Below are positions 17,839 to 25,846 of a stretch of DNA of 28,224 bases, piece by piece. The DNA comes from Candidatus Sulfobium sp. (GTDB lineage Bacteria; Nitrospirota; Thermodesulfovibrionia; Thermodesulfovibrionales; UBA6898): contig JARRRI010000046.1 of NCBI GenBank assembly GCA_037380845.1, positions 1-28,224 of the forward strand, given 5' to 3'. The notes below the pieces were generated by a model that was not told the DNA's origin, made no database searches, and worked only from the letters and a program-made list of their open reading frames with translations. The position numbers and the translations under genes were made by a program. The stretch's first letter is position 1. Each line of letters starts with the position of its first letter.

Positions 17839-19133
17839 CCATACGTTCCTGGCCGAGGGCGATAGTTCATCTGGACGCCGACGCTTTTTTTGCGTCCTGC
17901 GAACAGGCGGTCCATCCCGAACTCAGGGGGAAACCTGTGATCACGGGGAAGGAGAGGGGGATTGTGGCTGCTGCGAGTTACGAGGCGAAGGCCAGGGGGA
18001 TAGATAGGGGGATGAGTCTTCCGGAGATAAAGAGGGCCTGCCCTGACGTGATCATCGTGCCTTCGGATTACGAGACCTACAGCCTCTTTTCAGTCCGGAT
18101 GTTCGAGATACTCAGGCGGTTCTCGCCGGACGTCGAGGAGTACTCCATCGACGAGGCGTTTGTGGACCTGACAGGCCTGAGGAGGAGCTTTCACGGACCC
18201 TACGGGAGGATCGCCCGGAAGATGCAGGAAGCGGTCGAGGCCGAGCTGGGGATCACGGTATCGATCGGGGTGAGCCTCTCGAAGGTCCTGGCCAAGATAG
18301 GGTCTAAGCACAACAAGCCCCACGGGCTCACCCTGATTCCGGGGAGGGACATACACCATTATCTTGAGAGGCTGCCTCTTGAAAAAGTGTGGGGGATAGG
18401 GCCGAACACGGCGGCTTTCATGAGGAAGTTCGGCATCACCACTGCCCTGCAGTTCGCGGGAAAGGACGAGGCGTTTATAGAGAAATACCTCTCCAAGCCT
18501 TACAGGGAGGTGTGGAACGAACTGAACGGGAGGAGCGTCTATCCCGTCGTCACCGAATCCAAGAGCAGCTATCAGTCGATCAGCAAGACAAAGACCTTTA
18601 CCCCTCCTTCGGACGACGAGACCTTTGTCTTTGCCCAGCTTTCCAAAAACCTGGAGAACGCCTGCATCAAGGCCAGGCGCTACAAACTCGCGGCTACCCG
18701 CCTCCTGGTTTTCCTCAGGACGCGGGAGTTCAGGGACATCGGGGTAGAGATGAGACTAAGCGTCCCCACCGCCTATCCGGCCCACCTCTTAGGTCCCCTG
18801 CATGAGGGGTTCGATTACCTCTATAAGCCCCGGAGCTTCTACCGCCAGACAGGGGTTGTCCTTGCCGGCCTGGTGCCGGACACGAGGGTCCAGTACACGC
18901 TTTTTGATGACACCGCGAGGATAGAGAAGCTTGGCAGGGTCTACAACGCCGTCGACACTATATCCGAAAAGTACGGAAAATACGCCGTCCACCATGCCTC
19001 AAGCCTGCCGACGAAACTGCAGGCCCTTCATGAGGGTGAAAGGGGCGATGTCCCGGAGAGGACAAGGAACCTTGTAAAGGGTGAAAACAAAAGGCAGAGG
19101 CTTAAGCTGCCGATGATGCAAATAAAGGTTTGA
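17820..19133 (+). CDS. Y-family translesion DNA polymerase (DinB/UmuC family, with UmuC-like signatures)
   Basis: HLDADAFFASCE, SYEAK, YSIDEAF, KVLAK, VWGIG, clamp-binding-like QYTLF. Start taken as ATG 17820. Confidence 0.93.
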   Translation: MSTQPLTIRSWPRAIVHLDADAFFASCEQAVHPELRGKPVITGKERGIVAAASYEAKARGIDRGMSLPEIKRACPDVIIVPSDYETYSLFSVRMFEILRRFSPDVEEYSIDEAFVDLTGLRRSFHGPYGRIARKMQEAVEAELGITVSIGVSLSKVLAKIGSKHNKPHGLTLIPGRDIHHYLERLPLEKVWGIGPNTAAFMRKFGITTALQFAGKDEAFIEKYLSKPYREVWNELNGRSVYPVVTESKSSYQSISKTKTFTPPSDDETFVFAQLSKNLENACIKARRYKLAATRLLVFLRTREFRDIGVEMRLSVPTAYPAHLLGPLHEGFDYLYKPRSFYRQTGVVLAGLVPDTRVQYTLFDDTARIEKLGRVYNAVDTISEKYGKYAVHHASSLPTKLQALHEGERGDVPERTRNLVKGENKRQRLKLPMMQIKV

Positions 19134-19196
19134 GAATGTGAAGAAAGGGTTTATGAGGGGACTCATATATACAGATTTTAATGGCCCAGTTCTATT

Positions 19197-19280
19197 CCGT
19201 CATGCCCGAAGTTTTTAATCGGGCATCCAATCAGGGTTTTAAGACCTTAGATTCCCGCTTAACGCACCACGGAAAGACGG
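19197..19280. repeat. GTCAT-family twin-hairpin repeat
   Basis: CCGTCATGCCCGAAGTTTTTAATCGGGCATCCA is nearly identical to the core at about 12065-12097, followed by GATTCCCG..GGAAAGACGG. Confidence 0.7.
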
Positions 19281-19303
19281 CGACGTTGACTATTAGCCCA
19301 GAT

Positions 19304-19521
19304 TATTCATGAAATGTGGTAGACGCGAAAGGACACAGTATTTTCGCTCATTCTCGGTCGTTACGACCTCCGAGGAACTTGCCCTCTTTATTTCAGGATA
19401 CACAATGTCTGAATATCGGGCAAGTAAAACCGCTCAAACAGGATACACAATGTCTGAATATCGGGCAAGTAAAACCGCTCAAACACTATGTCCCTTCGGC
19501 ATGCAGGAAAATTTGTGAATA
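19304..19521. repeat. Long fold-back element containing an exact 45-bp tandem duplication
   Basis: Outer arms TATTCA..AAGGACACAGTATTT / AAACACTATGTCCCTT..TGAATA. Duplicate units at 19394-19438 and 19439-19483. Confidence 0.8.
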
Positions 19522-19540
19522 AAGCGATTTAATAGACTGG

Positions 19541-20606
19541 TTAACCCCCGAGATATCCATCAGGAGCGAGGCTGGTTGCCAGCATTACCATATTGATATC
19601 GCGATGGTCTGTCCAGCTTCCGGCCTGCCTGTTTTCCGGGTTGAGCCAAAAGGCCCGGATGTCTTCTCCCAGCTGCACGTACCGCATGACCCCTTCAGTC
19701 CGCTGATGCAATCCCGGAGTTCTGCTCCGCAGTTCCGGCGAATGTCTTGCCAGTTTCTGCAGCTTTTCAGCGGCGCTTAATCCTATAGCCAATCCCAGTT
19801 CCCGGAACGCCAGACGGTAGACAGCCGGTAATCTTAAAGGCTCTGTTGCGACATAATATTTAAGCCCTTTCATGGCTGCATCCAGGATTGTCGCAGGGAG
19901 GCCGGCCGGTTTAAAGCCTGTTCCGGCCGCCATTAGTGTTGCCTTGAGGGCGTCACACAGAAGGTCGCCCATGCCGAGTGGATCATCCGTAGTCCAGTCC
20001 TTTCCTTCACAGATAAGGGCCATATCGGCAATTTCGGCTGTCAGATCCGGACTTCCCGATATCCCGGGGTGTTTGGCTGAGATCTCCTGAAGCTGACTGT
20101 AAGTGATAAGACCATCCAGAGGGTCGAGATGTCCCATGGATGGCACGAGAGGGCGGGAGAGGTCTATGATCATTTTACAGTACATTCGCTTTTGGCTGCC
20201 GGGAGACAGGGCATAGGTAAACCGGGAATGAGCCGTTTTCGCCAGTTCAGCCGCCCACCTGTTATATGCCGGGTCCCGGGTGGCCCGGCTCACACGGTTG
20301 AGGGCATGCATCCATTTCGTCAGGTAATGGTAGTACTGCCCGTCCCGGTCCCATTCCAATGTTTCGTCGAAGGTCTCTGACGTCTTCGCGATGGCGGCCA
20401 AGTATGTTATGGACCTGATCGACGAGACGCAGGGCGAGGTCCCGGTATTTTTCATCCTTTAACTGCCGGAAGAGTTCCAGAAAGTTGCACACGGCGAAAG
20501 CGTCGGTCCACAGGTAGCGCCGCGGAACTTTCAATGCAGGCGAAAGCCCGGTGAGGCGGGCAAATTCCATCATGATTTCAGCGGCTCCGGCCATGTCTTT
20601 CTGCAC
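19541..20606 (-). pseudogene. Conserved hypothetical protein (RYLWTDAF...DGQYYHYLTKW family), split by a frameshift near 20380
   Basis: The N-half (RRYLWTDAFAVCNF..VHNILGRHRED) and the C-half (EWDRDGQYYHYLTKWMHAL..LAFRELGLAIG..HRDINMVMLATS) are in different overlapping frames. Confidence 0.75.
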
Positions 20607-20791
20607 CTTCCCTCCCGAACGTCTCTTTATTAAAATATCTTATCCAATATCGGCTTATCCCGAAAGCGTTTACCCGGCGGGAGTGTTATGTCAGGTATAA
20701 TATTTGTCATTATCCGCCCGTATGAGATCAGATCATGCGGCAGTTGCGGTGGTCCGGCTGAAGAGTTTGGACGCCTTGATAAGGGAGCAAT

Positions 20792-21538
20792 ATGAAAAAG
20801 AAGAGTAAAACGGACAAATCATTTTTCCTCGCAAGGGCGGGTTTCATTATTGCGCTGGCGGCTGTCCTGTCGGCTCTTGTTGCAGCCTTCTGTACTCGCT
20901 ATGGTCTCTGGAAATTCACGACAGGAATTACTGTTTTCCGGTGTGCGGCCTACGCGGCTGTTGCGGGATCGGCCCTCTCACTGATCGGGCTTGTCGCGTC
21001 CCTGCGGATAGTGATACAGCGCGGCTTCTTTCTGGCCTTTCTCGGACTTCTGATCGGGGGCACCGTCGGAGCGACTGCTCTGTACTGGAGACACGTGGCG
21101 GACAGCGTTCCGCCCATTCACGATATAACCACTGATACACAGGACCCGCCAAAGTTTGACGAGATCCTCCGTCTTCTGAAGAGTGCCGATAATTCTCCGG
21201 TTTATGGAGGAAAGAAGGTGGCGGCACAGCAAAAAAGGTCATACCCGGAAATCGTCCCCCTTATTCTCCGGATTCCCCCCGGTCAGGCTTTCGACAGGGC
21301 ACTCTCGACCGCAAGGAGCTTGGGGTGGCAGATTATAGACGACGATAAAAGCGCGGGTCGCATTGAAGCGGTTGCGACGACCTTCTGGTTCGGGTTCAGG
21401 GACGATATCGTGGTAAGGGTCAGGCCTGAGGATGCGGGCAGCCGGGTCGACATCCGCTCTGAATCACGTGTGGGAGTCAGCGACCTCGGGAAGAACGCCG
21501 AGAGGATCAGAAAATTCCTGACGGCAATGAAGGAGTAA
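20792..21538 (+). CDS. DUF1499 membrane protein
   Basis: Three TM helices, then PPIHDITTD, IEAVATTFWFGFRDD, DIRSESRVGVSDLGKNAERI. Confidence 0.9.
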   Translation: MKKKSKTDKSFFLARAGFIIALAAVLSALVAAFCTRYGLWKFTTGITVFRCAAYAAVAGSALSLIGLVASLRIVIQRGFFLAFLGLLIGGTVGATALYWRHVADSVPPIHDITTDTQDPPKFDEILRLLKSADNSPVYGGKKVAAQQKRSYPEIVPLILRIPPGQAFDRALSTARSLGWQIIDDDKSAGRIEAVATTFWFGFRDDIVVRVRPEDAGSRVDIRSESRVGVSDLGKNAERIRKFLTAMKE

Positions 21539-21558
21539 GTTATTCTCCCGCTATTGAA

Positions 21559-22434
21559 TTAAAAAGAGGCGCGAGTTATCCAGGACTTCGCTACGAGAAC
21601 AGGGCACGGTGCGAGGCCGATGACTTTTTCGGTCACGCTTCCCATGAGGAGTCTTTTTAGACCTGTCCTGCCGTGGCTTCCCATGACGATGAGACCGGCA
21701 TTTTTCTGTTCTGCAATATCTATTATTGTCCGGTAGCTCTCTCCTTCGCGCACATATGTCTCCGCCTCTACGCCTGAAGCCCCGGCCTTCTGTCTCACTT
21801 CCTCGACATATCCTTTAGCCTTATTCACCAGTTCGTCGATAAGGACCGGTGCCTCGGCATACATCTCCGGAAGGACATCGACGACCGAGACCGCCGTCAA
21901 TTTTCCGGCATAGGATCTTGCGAAGTTTACGGCCTTTTCGACGGCTGCGATGCTGCAGCTGGAGCCGTCTGTTGCCACGAGTATTGTTTCCCATGCGAGC
22001 CCGGTGTCGGCGGGGACAACGAGCGTATCCTGGCTGCTGTGGCCGATGACTCTTGCTGTGACGCTGCCCACGAGCATCCTTTCAAGTCTGTTCATGCCCC
22101 GCCGTCCCATGACCACGAGATCGCAGTCCTCGTCATCTGCCGTCTCAACGATCCTTTTGTAAACCTCGCCCTGCCCGCTGCCCGTCAATATGATGGCAGA
22201 CTCTGACCGGGCTATATCGCGCGCGGAGTTCAAGAGTGACTCGGCCGGGCCGCTGATGGTCTTTTTCAAGTCCCTTATGCCGACCAGTTCGAGGTCCCCT
22301 TCGTAGGAGGGGACCACCGATAACACTTTTATCCAGCCGCCTTCAGTACGGGAGAGGCTTATCGCCTGCCGGAGGGCATTTGCGCTTGACGGAGAACCGT
22401 CGAAGGCGACCAGCATCTTTCTGAACCTACCCAT
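21559..22434 (-). CDS. Tandem universal stress protein
   Basis: Two USP domains: VAFDGS..VMGRRG..GSVT and VATDGS..MGSHG..GSVT. Overlaps the TSUP stop. Confidence 0.93.
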   Translation of the reverse strand: MGRFRKMLVAFDGSPSSANALRQAISLSRTEGGWIKVLSVVPSYEGDLELVGIRDLKKTISGPAESLLNSARDIARSESAIILTGSGQGEVYKRIVETADDEDCDLVVMGRRGMNRLERMLVGSVTARVIGHSSQDTLVVPADTGLAWETILVATDGSSCSIAAVEKAVNFARSYAGKLTAVSVVDVLPEMYAEAPVLIDELVNKAKGYVEEVRQKAGASGVEAETYVREGESYRTIIDIAEQKNAGLIVMGSHGRTGLKRLLMGSVTEKVIGLAPCPVLVAKSWITRASF

Positions 22435-23767
22435 TGGTCGCTATTTCCTCCGCGGCCGCCTGCCTTTCCTCGCTCCTGACCCGGATCATCCCCTTTACCA
22501 TCGCTCCGGTTATGATAAGGCCGGCGGTAAGAAGGGCCGCTATAAGCGCCCAGAAGCTCACGTGGTTGAGCATGCGCTCGGCGGTTGCGTCGAGATTCAT
22601 CCATCCGAGGTCGCGCAGATATACGGGCACCTTGGCCCCCCTGCTGACGGCAACGATAAGCATGACAGCGCCCATGACCACCTTGACCACGTAATCCTTT
22701 ACATATGTCGTCCCGAGAGCTCCAAGCTGCACGCCGAAGAGAGAGCCGGCCAGAATCAGAAGGGTAAGCCGTATATCTATCAACCCGCTCAGGCCCCATT
22801 GGACCGAGCCCCACAGCCCCATTATGAAGGCGACTATAAGCTCCGTAGCGCTGGCAACGATGGCGGAAGCCCCCACGACATATATCATTCCGGGCACACC
22901 GATGAAGCCGCCAACGGCTATGGTGGCCGCAAGCATGCCGGTTGCAAGGCCCACCGGGATTGTTACCCAGGCCGAAAGAGTAACGCCTGCCGTCTTGAAG
23001 TGCATCATCGGAGGAATCTTTACCTTCTGAAGGTAAAGGGCGAGTTTTGTCGTTTCCACGTCGCTGCCGCCTTTGGAAAGCTTAAGAGAATCTCTGAAGA
23101 CGTAGCCGCCGACAACGACGAGGACTATGACGAAGACGACACTCACGTACAGATTGGAGCCGGCATTGCCCCAGGCATCGAGGATAAACTTCTGTATCTT
23201 TATGCCTATCTGGACGCCTGCAATGGCCGAGGCGGCCATGACCAGTCCCAGCTTTATATCGGCCTGACCATACTTGAAACGCTTATAGGCTCCTACCATG
23301 GCCTTCGGGAACTTGTGGCACATGTTGCTGGCGACGGCGACTGCCCCCGGGGCACCGAGAGACATCATTGCCGGGGTGAGCACAAAGGCCCCTCCGGAGC
23401 CGATAAACCCGCTCAGGAGTCCTCCGATCAGGCCGATGAGCAGGAGGGCGATGATCTTCTGAAGAGTGAGGCCCATGAACATTATTGATACGTCTTTTAC
23501 AAACTGGTGCCCGTCCTTTTCCGCGAGGCTGATCATGACCTTTCTGTCGACCTTTATGTCGTCAGGCTGAAGCGCCTGCCCCAGCAACAGGGTGACCGTC
23601 TTTTCAGACCCGGACTCCCTGAACTCCGCCGTCCTTTCAACGGGATTGACGGCGGTAAAAATGCCTTTCTTGAAATCTTTGGGCGGGCCGCCTCCTCCGG
23701 CCAGAGCGGGTGAAACAATAGCCAGGGACAGAAACAGGACCAGAATTAGTGAGATTGACTTATTCAT
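22427..23767 (-). CDS. TauE/SafE (TSUP) sulfur-compound transporter with an N-terminal exported domain
   Basis: SGFIGSGGAFVLTP, ASNMCHKFPK, AVGGFIGVPGM. Signal peptide plus ~75-aa soluble domain. ATG 23767 fits SD AGGAG spacing. Confidence 0.88.
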   Translation of the reverse strand: MNKSISLILVLFLSLAIVSPALAGGGGPPKDFKKGIFTAVNPVERTAEFRESGSEKTVTLLLGQALQPDDIKVDRKVMISLAEKDGHQFVKDVSIMFMGLTLQKIIALLLIGLIGGLLSGFIGSGGAFVLTPAMMSLGAPGAVAVASNMCHKFPKAMVGAYKRFKYGQADIKLGLVMAASAIAGVQIGIKIQKFILDAWGNAGSNLYVSVVFVIVLVVVGGYVFRDSLKLSKGGSDVETTKLALYLQKVKIPPMMHFKTAGVTLSAWVTIPVGLATGMLAATIAVGGFIGVPGMIYVVGASAIVASATELIVAFIMGLWGSVQWGLSGLIDIRLTLLILAGSLFGVQLGALGTTYVKDYVVKVVMGAVMLIVAVSRGAKVPVYLRDLGWMNLDATAERMLNHVSFWALIAALLTAGLIITGAMVKGMIRVRSEERQAAAEEIATNG

Positions 23768-23802
23768 TGTACACATTCTCCTTTTGCAAATATATATTCA
23801 AC

Positions 23803-24048
23803 TTAGTGCCTTGACTTGCTCTTGGCCGCCTCAATCCCCAGGATGTCCAGAACGTTGCTGGCGAACGCTCCGTGCAGGAAAGAGAAGTACAGGGCGGTAG
23901 TGACCGGAAGGACGGTGTAGATGCCGCCCTTGGTGTAGACTTCGGTCACCCACTCCAGCCTGCTGAACAAGAGGACGTACGAAGCTATGGAAAAAATACC
24001 GAATACGACAGCCTTCATGTATGGTTTTTTCTTTCTCGATTGCGTCAT
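23803..24048 (-). CDS. Small two-TM membrane protein of the TSUP operon
   Basis: SD GGAGGTG. Two hydrophobic helices and the motif FSFLHGAFASN..LGI. Confidence 0.8.
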   Translation of the reverse strand: MTQSRKKKPYMKAVVFGIFSIASYVLLFSRLEWVTEVYTKGGIYTVLPVTTALYFSFLHGAFASNVLDILGIEAAKSKSRH

Positions 24049-24065
24049 TTGTTTCACCTCCTTTT

Positions 24066-24533
24066 TCAGCCTCCCGGTTCCGATACCAGAACCAGCGGGC
24101 ATTTGAGTTTTTTCCAGAGACCTTTTGGCGTGCCGTCCTCCGTGCAGCCGGCGTTCAGGATGTGCCGTGAGTCTGCTACCACGTACAGGACGTCTTTCCT
24201 TTTCCGGATATAATCCACAACCTGTCTTCCCGTACAGCCGCTCCTGCTGAGGAGATTTACCTTTGCGTTGACGACTCCCGAGAGTCTGGCGGCCTCCCGG
24301 TCGATTTCGCCTTTGTCGGCCTCCTGCCTGAAGAGCAGGATCTCAAGGGCAGCTCCGACCCTCCTGGAGCTGTTAAGCGCATATTTGAAGGACCTTGAAT
24401 CTCCTTCTCTTCCGGTGAGCACAAGCAGGACCGTTTGGCCCTCCATCTCCTTGCGGGCGTCGTCGGGGCAATCCGCCTCGGCGAACGTTACGGCCGACAT
24501 TAGAGTTTCAAACCACTTGCCGAAGTTATTCAC
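24066..24533 (-). CDS. USP-like protein with an N-terminal AVTFAEA motif
   Basis: FETLMSAVTFAEA, VLLVL..FKYAL, C-terminal LKCPLVLV. Confidence 0.75.
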   Translation of the reverse strand: MNNFGKWFETLMSAVTFAEADCPDDARKEMEGQTVLLVLTGREGDSRSFKYALNSSRRVGAALEILLFRQEADKGEIDREAARLSGVVNAKVNLLSRSGCTGRQVVDYIRKRKDVLYVVADSRHILNAGCTEDGTPKGLWKKLKCPLVLVSEPGG

Positions 24534-24602
24534 GGATACGCCTTCCGGCCGGACGGGAGTTTGTTAAGGCGGTTCTGTAGATCCTGAATTTTCCCGGTAT
24601 CT

Positions 24603-24689
24603 TCATGGCACCAAAATGCTCCTGATACCAGCTTCAGCAAAAGTAACGGTTTGCATAAAGTTCTCGAATCCTCTGAAAAGCGTTCTCAT
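24603..24689 (-). CDS. 28-aa peptide MRTLFRGFENFMQTVTFAEAGIRSILVP (possibly a frameshifted ~54-aa protein)
   Basis: Shares FE..M..VTFAEA with the next gene. First ORF after the sigma54-like promoter. Confidence 0.6.
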   Translation of the reverse strand: MRTLFRGFENFMQTVTFAEAGIRSILVP

Positions 24690-24726
24690 TCTCTTTTCTC
24701 TTTCTGCCAGGATGTATGTGACCATT

Positions 24727-24741
24727 TCAAGCTTCGTACCA
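24727..24741 (-). promoter_or_regulatory. sigma54 -24/-12 promoter of the TSUP operon
   Basis: TGGTAC-GAAGC-TTGA on the minus strand, 37 nt before the first ATG. Confidence 0.65.
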
Positions 24742-24818
24742 GATCTGCTTTATGGATGTAATGCCTTGAAAAATCAGAAAAACGGGCCTTTGTTTCTCCG
24801 GGGATGTCACGAATGAGT

Positions 24819-24924
24819 CGTTGCAGGATGCAACGTATGGCTGAGGAGACACAGGGAAGTCCCGCCGTCAGGCTTGTTTTTCTGGAATGTTTCACATTTC
24901 TTATAGCGATTGCAGAATGCAACG
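24819..24924. promoter_or_regulatory. Two palindromic putative enhancer (UAS) sites
   Basis: CGTTGCA-GGA-TGCAACG (24819-24835) and TTGCA-GAA-TGCAACG (24910-24924), 89 bp apart. Confidence 0.6.
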
Positions 24925-25059
24925 GAAAGACGAATCACGGCGAAAGTAACCGGAGCCCCTTGTGACAGGAGGGCCGATTTGCCTTTAACGTGCGGTGAGG
25001 CTATACGAATCGAAATACCGACAAGAGCCGAAGGAAAGTATAACGGGTAAGTATGGAGT

Positions 25060-25263
25060 TCCGGCAACAGATCGGTTCTCAAAAAGAAGAGATCAAGATG
25101 ATCGTCATTCCCTGGCTCGGTCGTGGAATCCACTGTGCCCCTGTTTCGATACTCCGGTCAAGTTTACCGGCCAAACCAAAGGCGCGTTTACCCGCCCCCT
25201 GCGGCCCCGAGAGCGACCCGGGCCGGAGCGTGACGCGAATTCGAGAACGATCATATATCGCCG
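25060..25263. mobile_element. Inverted copy of the 6034-6220 composite palindromic element
   Basis: GTCATTCCCTGG..GGAATCC, CCGGTCAAG[25163-25222]CCGGAGCGTGAC. The insert aligns with the reverse complement of 6078-6135. Confidence 0.75.
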
Positions 25264-25274
25264 CTTCACACCCC

Positions 25275-25304
25275 TTGACAAAGTTATATGGCCTTTGATA
25301 TATT
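25275..25304 (+). promoter_or_regulatory. Putative sigma70 promoter for the small Cys-rich ORF
   Basis: TTGACA-N18-TATATT. Confidence 0.55.
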
Positions 25305-25462
25305 ACGAGGCTTTCGCGAAGTTTTCCTTTGCCGGGGCGTTCTGCCCGCAGGCCGGTATTTTTCACTCGGAGACAGATTACGGAAGACGTGCGTCCATTG
25401 GAGCGCAACCGGGAAATTTGCGCCGTTAATTTTGGGACTGAAGAAAGAAAGGAGGTAGTGCC

Positions 25463-25624
25463 ATGGCTGAGAAGGCTAAATCGAAGACCGACGTTTCAGC
25501 TCGTGCAGCATTGAAGAGCAACGCACAGATCTGCAGATGCTGCGGCAGGAAGATCGATGTCGTGATGTCGGTTTCCCCGACGGGGAAAAAAAGAATGAGA
25601 CGCCTGTGCTGCGAGAGCGAGTAG
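25463..25624 (+). CDS. 53-aa basic Cys-rich protein MAEKAKSKTDVSARAALKSNAQICRCCGRKIDVVMSVSPTGKKRMRRLCCESE
   Basis: Below the ORF-track cutoff. Perfect SD AAGGAGGT. CRCCG...CC pattern. Confidence 0.75.
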   Translation: MAEKAKSKTDVSARAALKSNAQICRCCGRKIDVVMSVSPTGKKRMRRLCCESE

Positions 25625-25846
25625 CATCGCTTCGCAACTTAAAACGACGCTCTTTTTCACAAACGTTTCGAGGGCCGGATCTTCATCACGCACACTCAAC
25701 GTTTTGGCGAAGATCCGACCCCCGGATTCTACCGAGCGGTCTGGCTGTCCGGGCCGAAGCTTCCTTACGTTTACAGTGAAGTCCGGGCAAAAAGGACTTT
25801 TCAATATGTCCCGACGGGTTTACAAAAGAGGGGGCAATACCATTTC

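Noticed and set aside
19394..19485. Direct repeats as a CRISPR array
   Set aside because: Only two abutting 45-bp units with no spacer, and no cas genes in the window.
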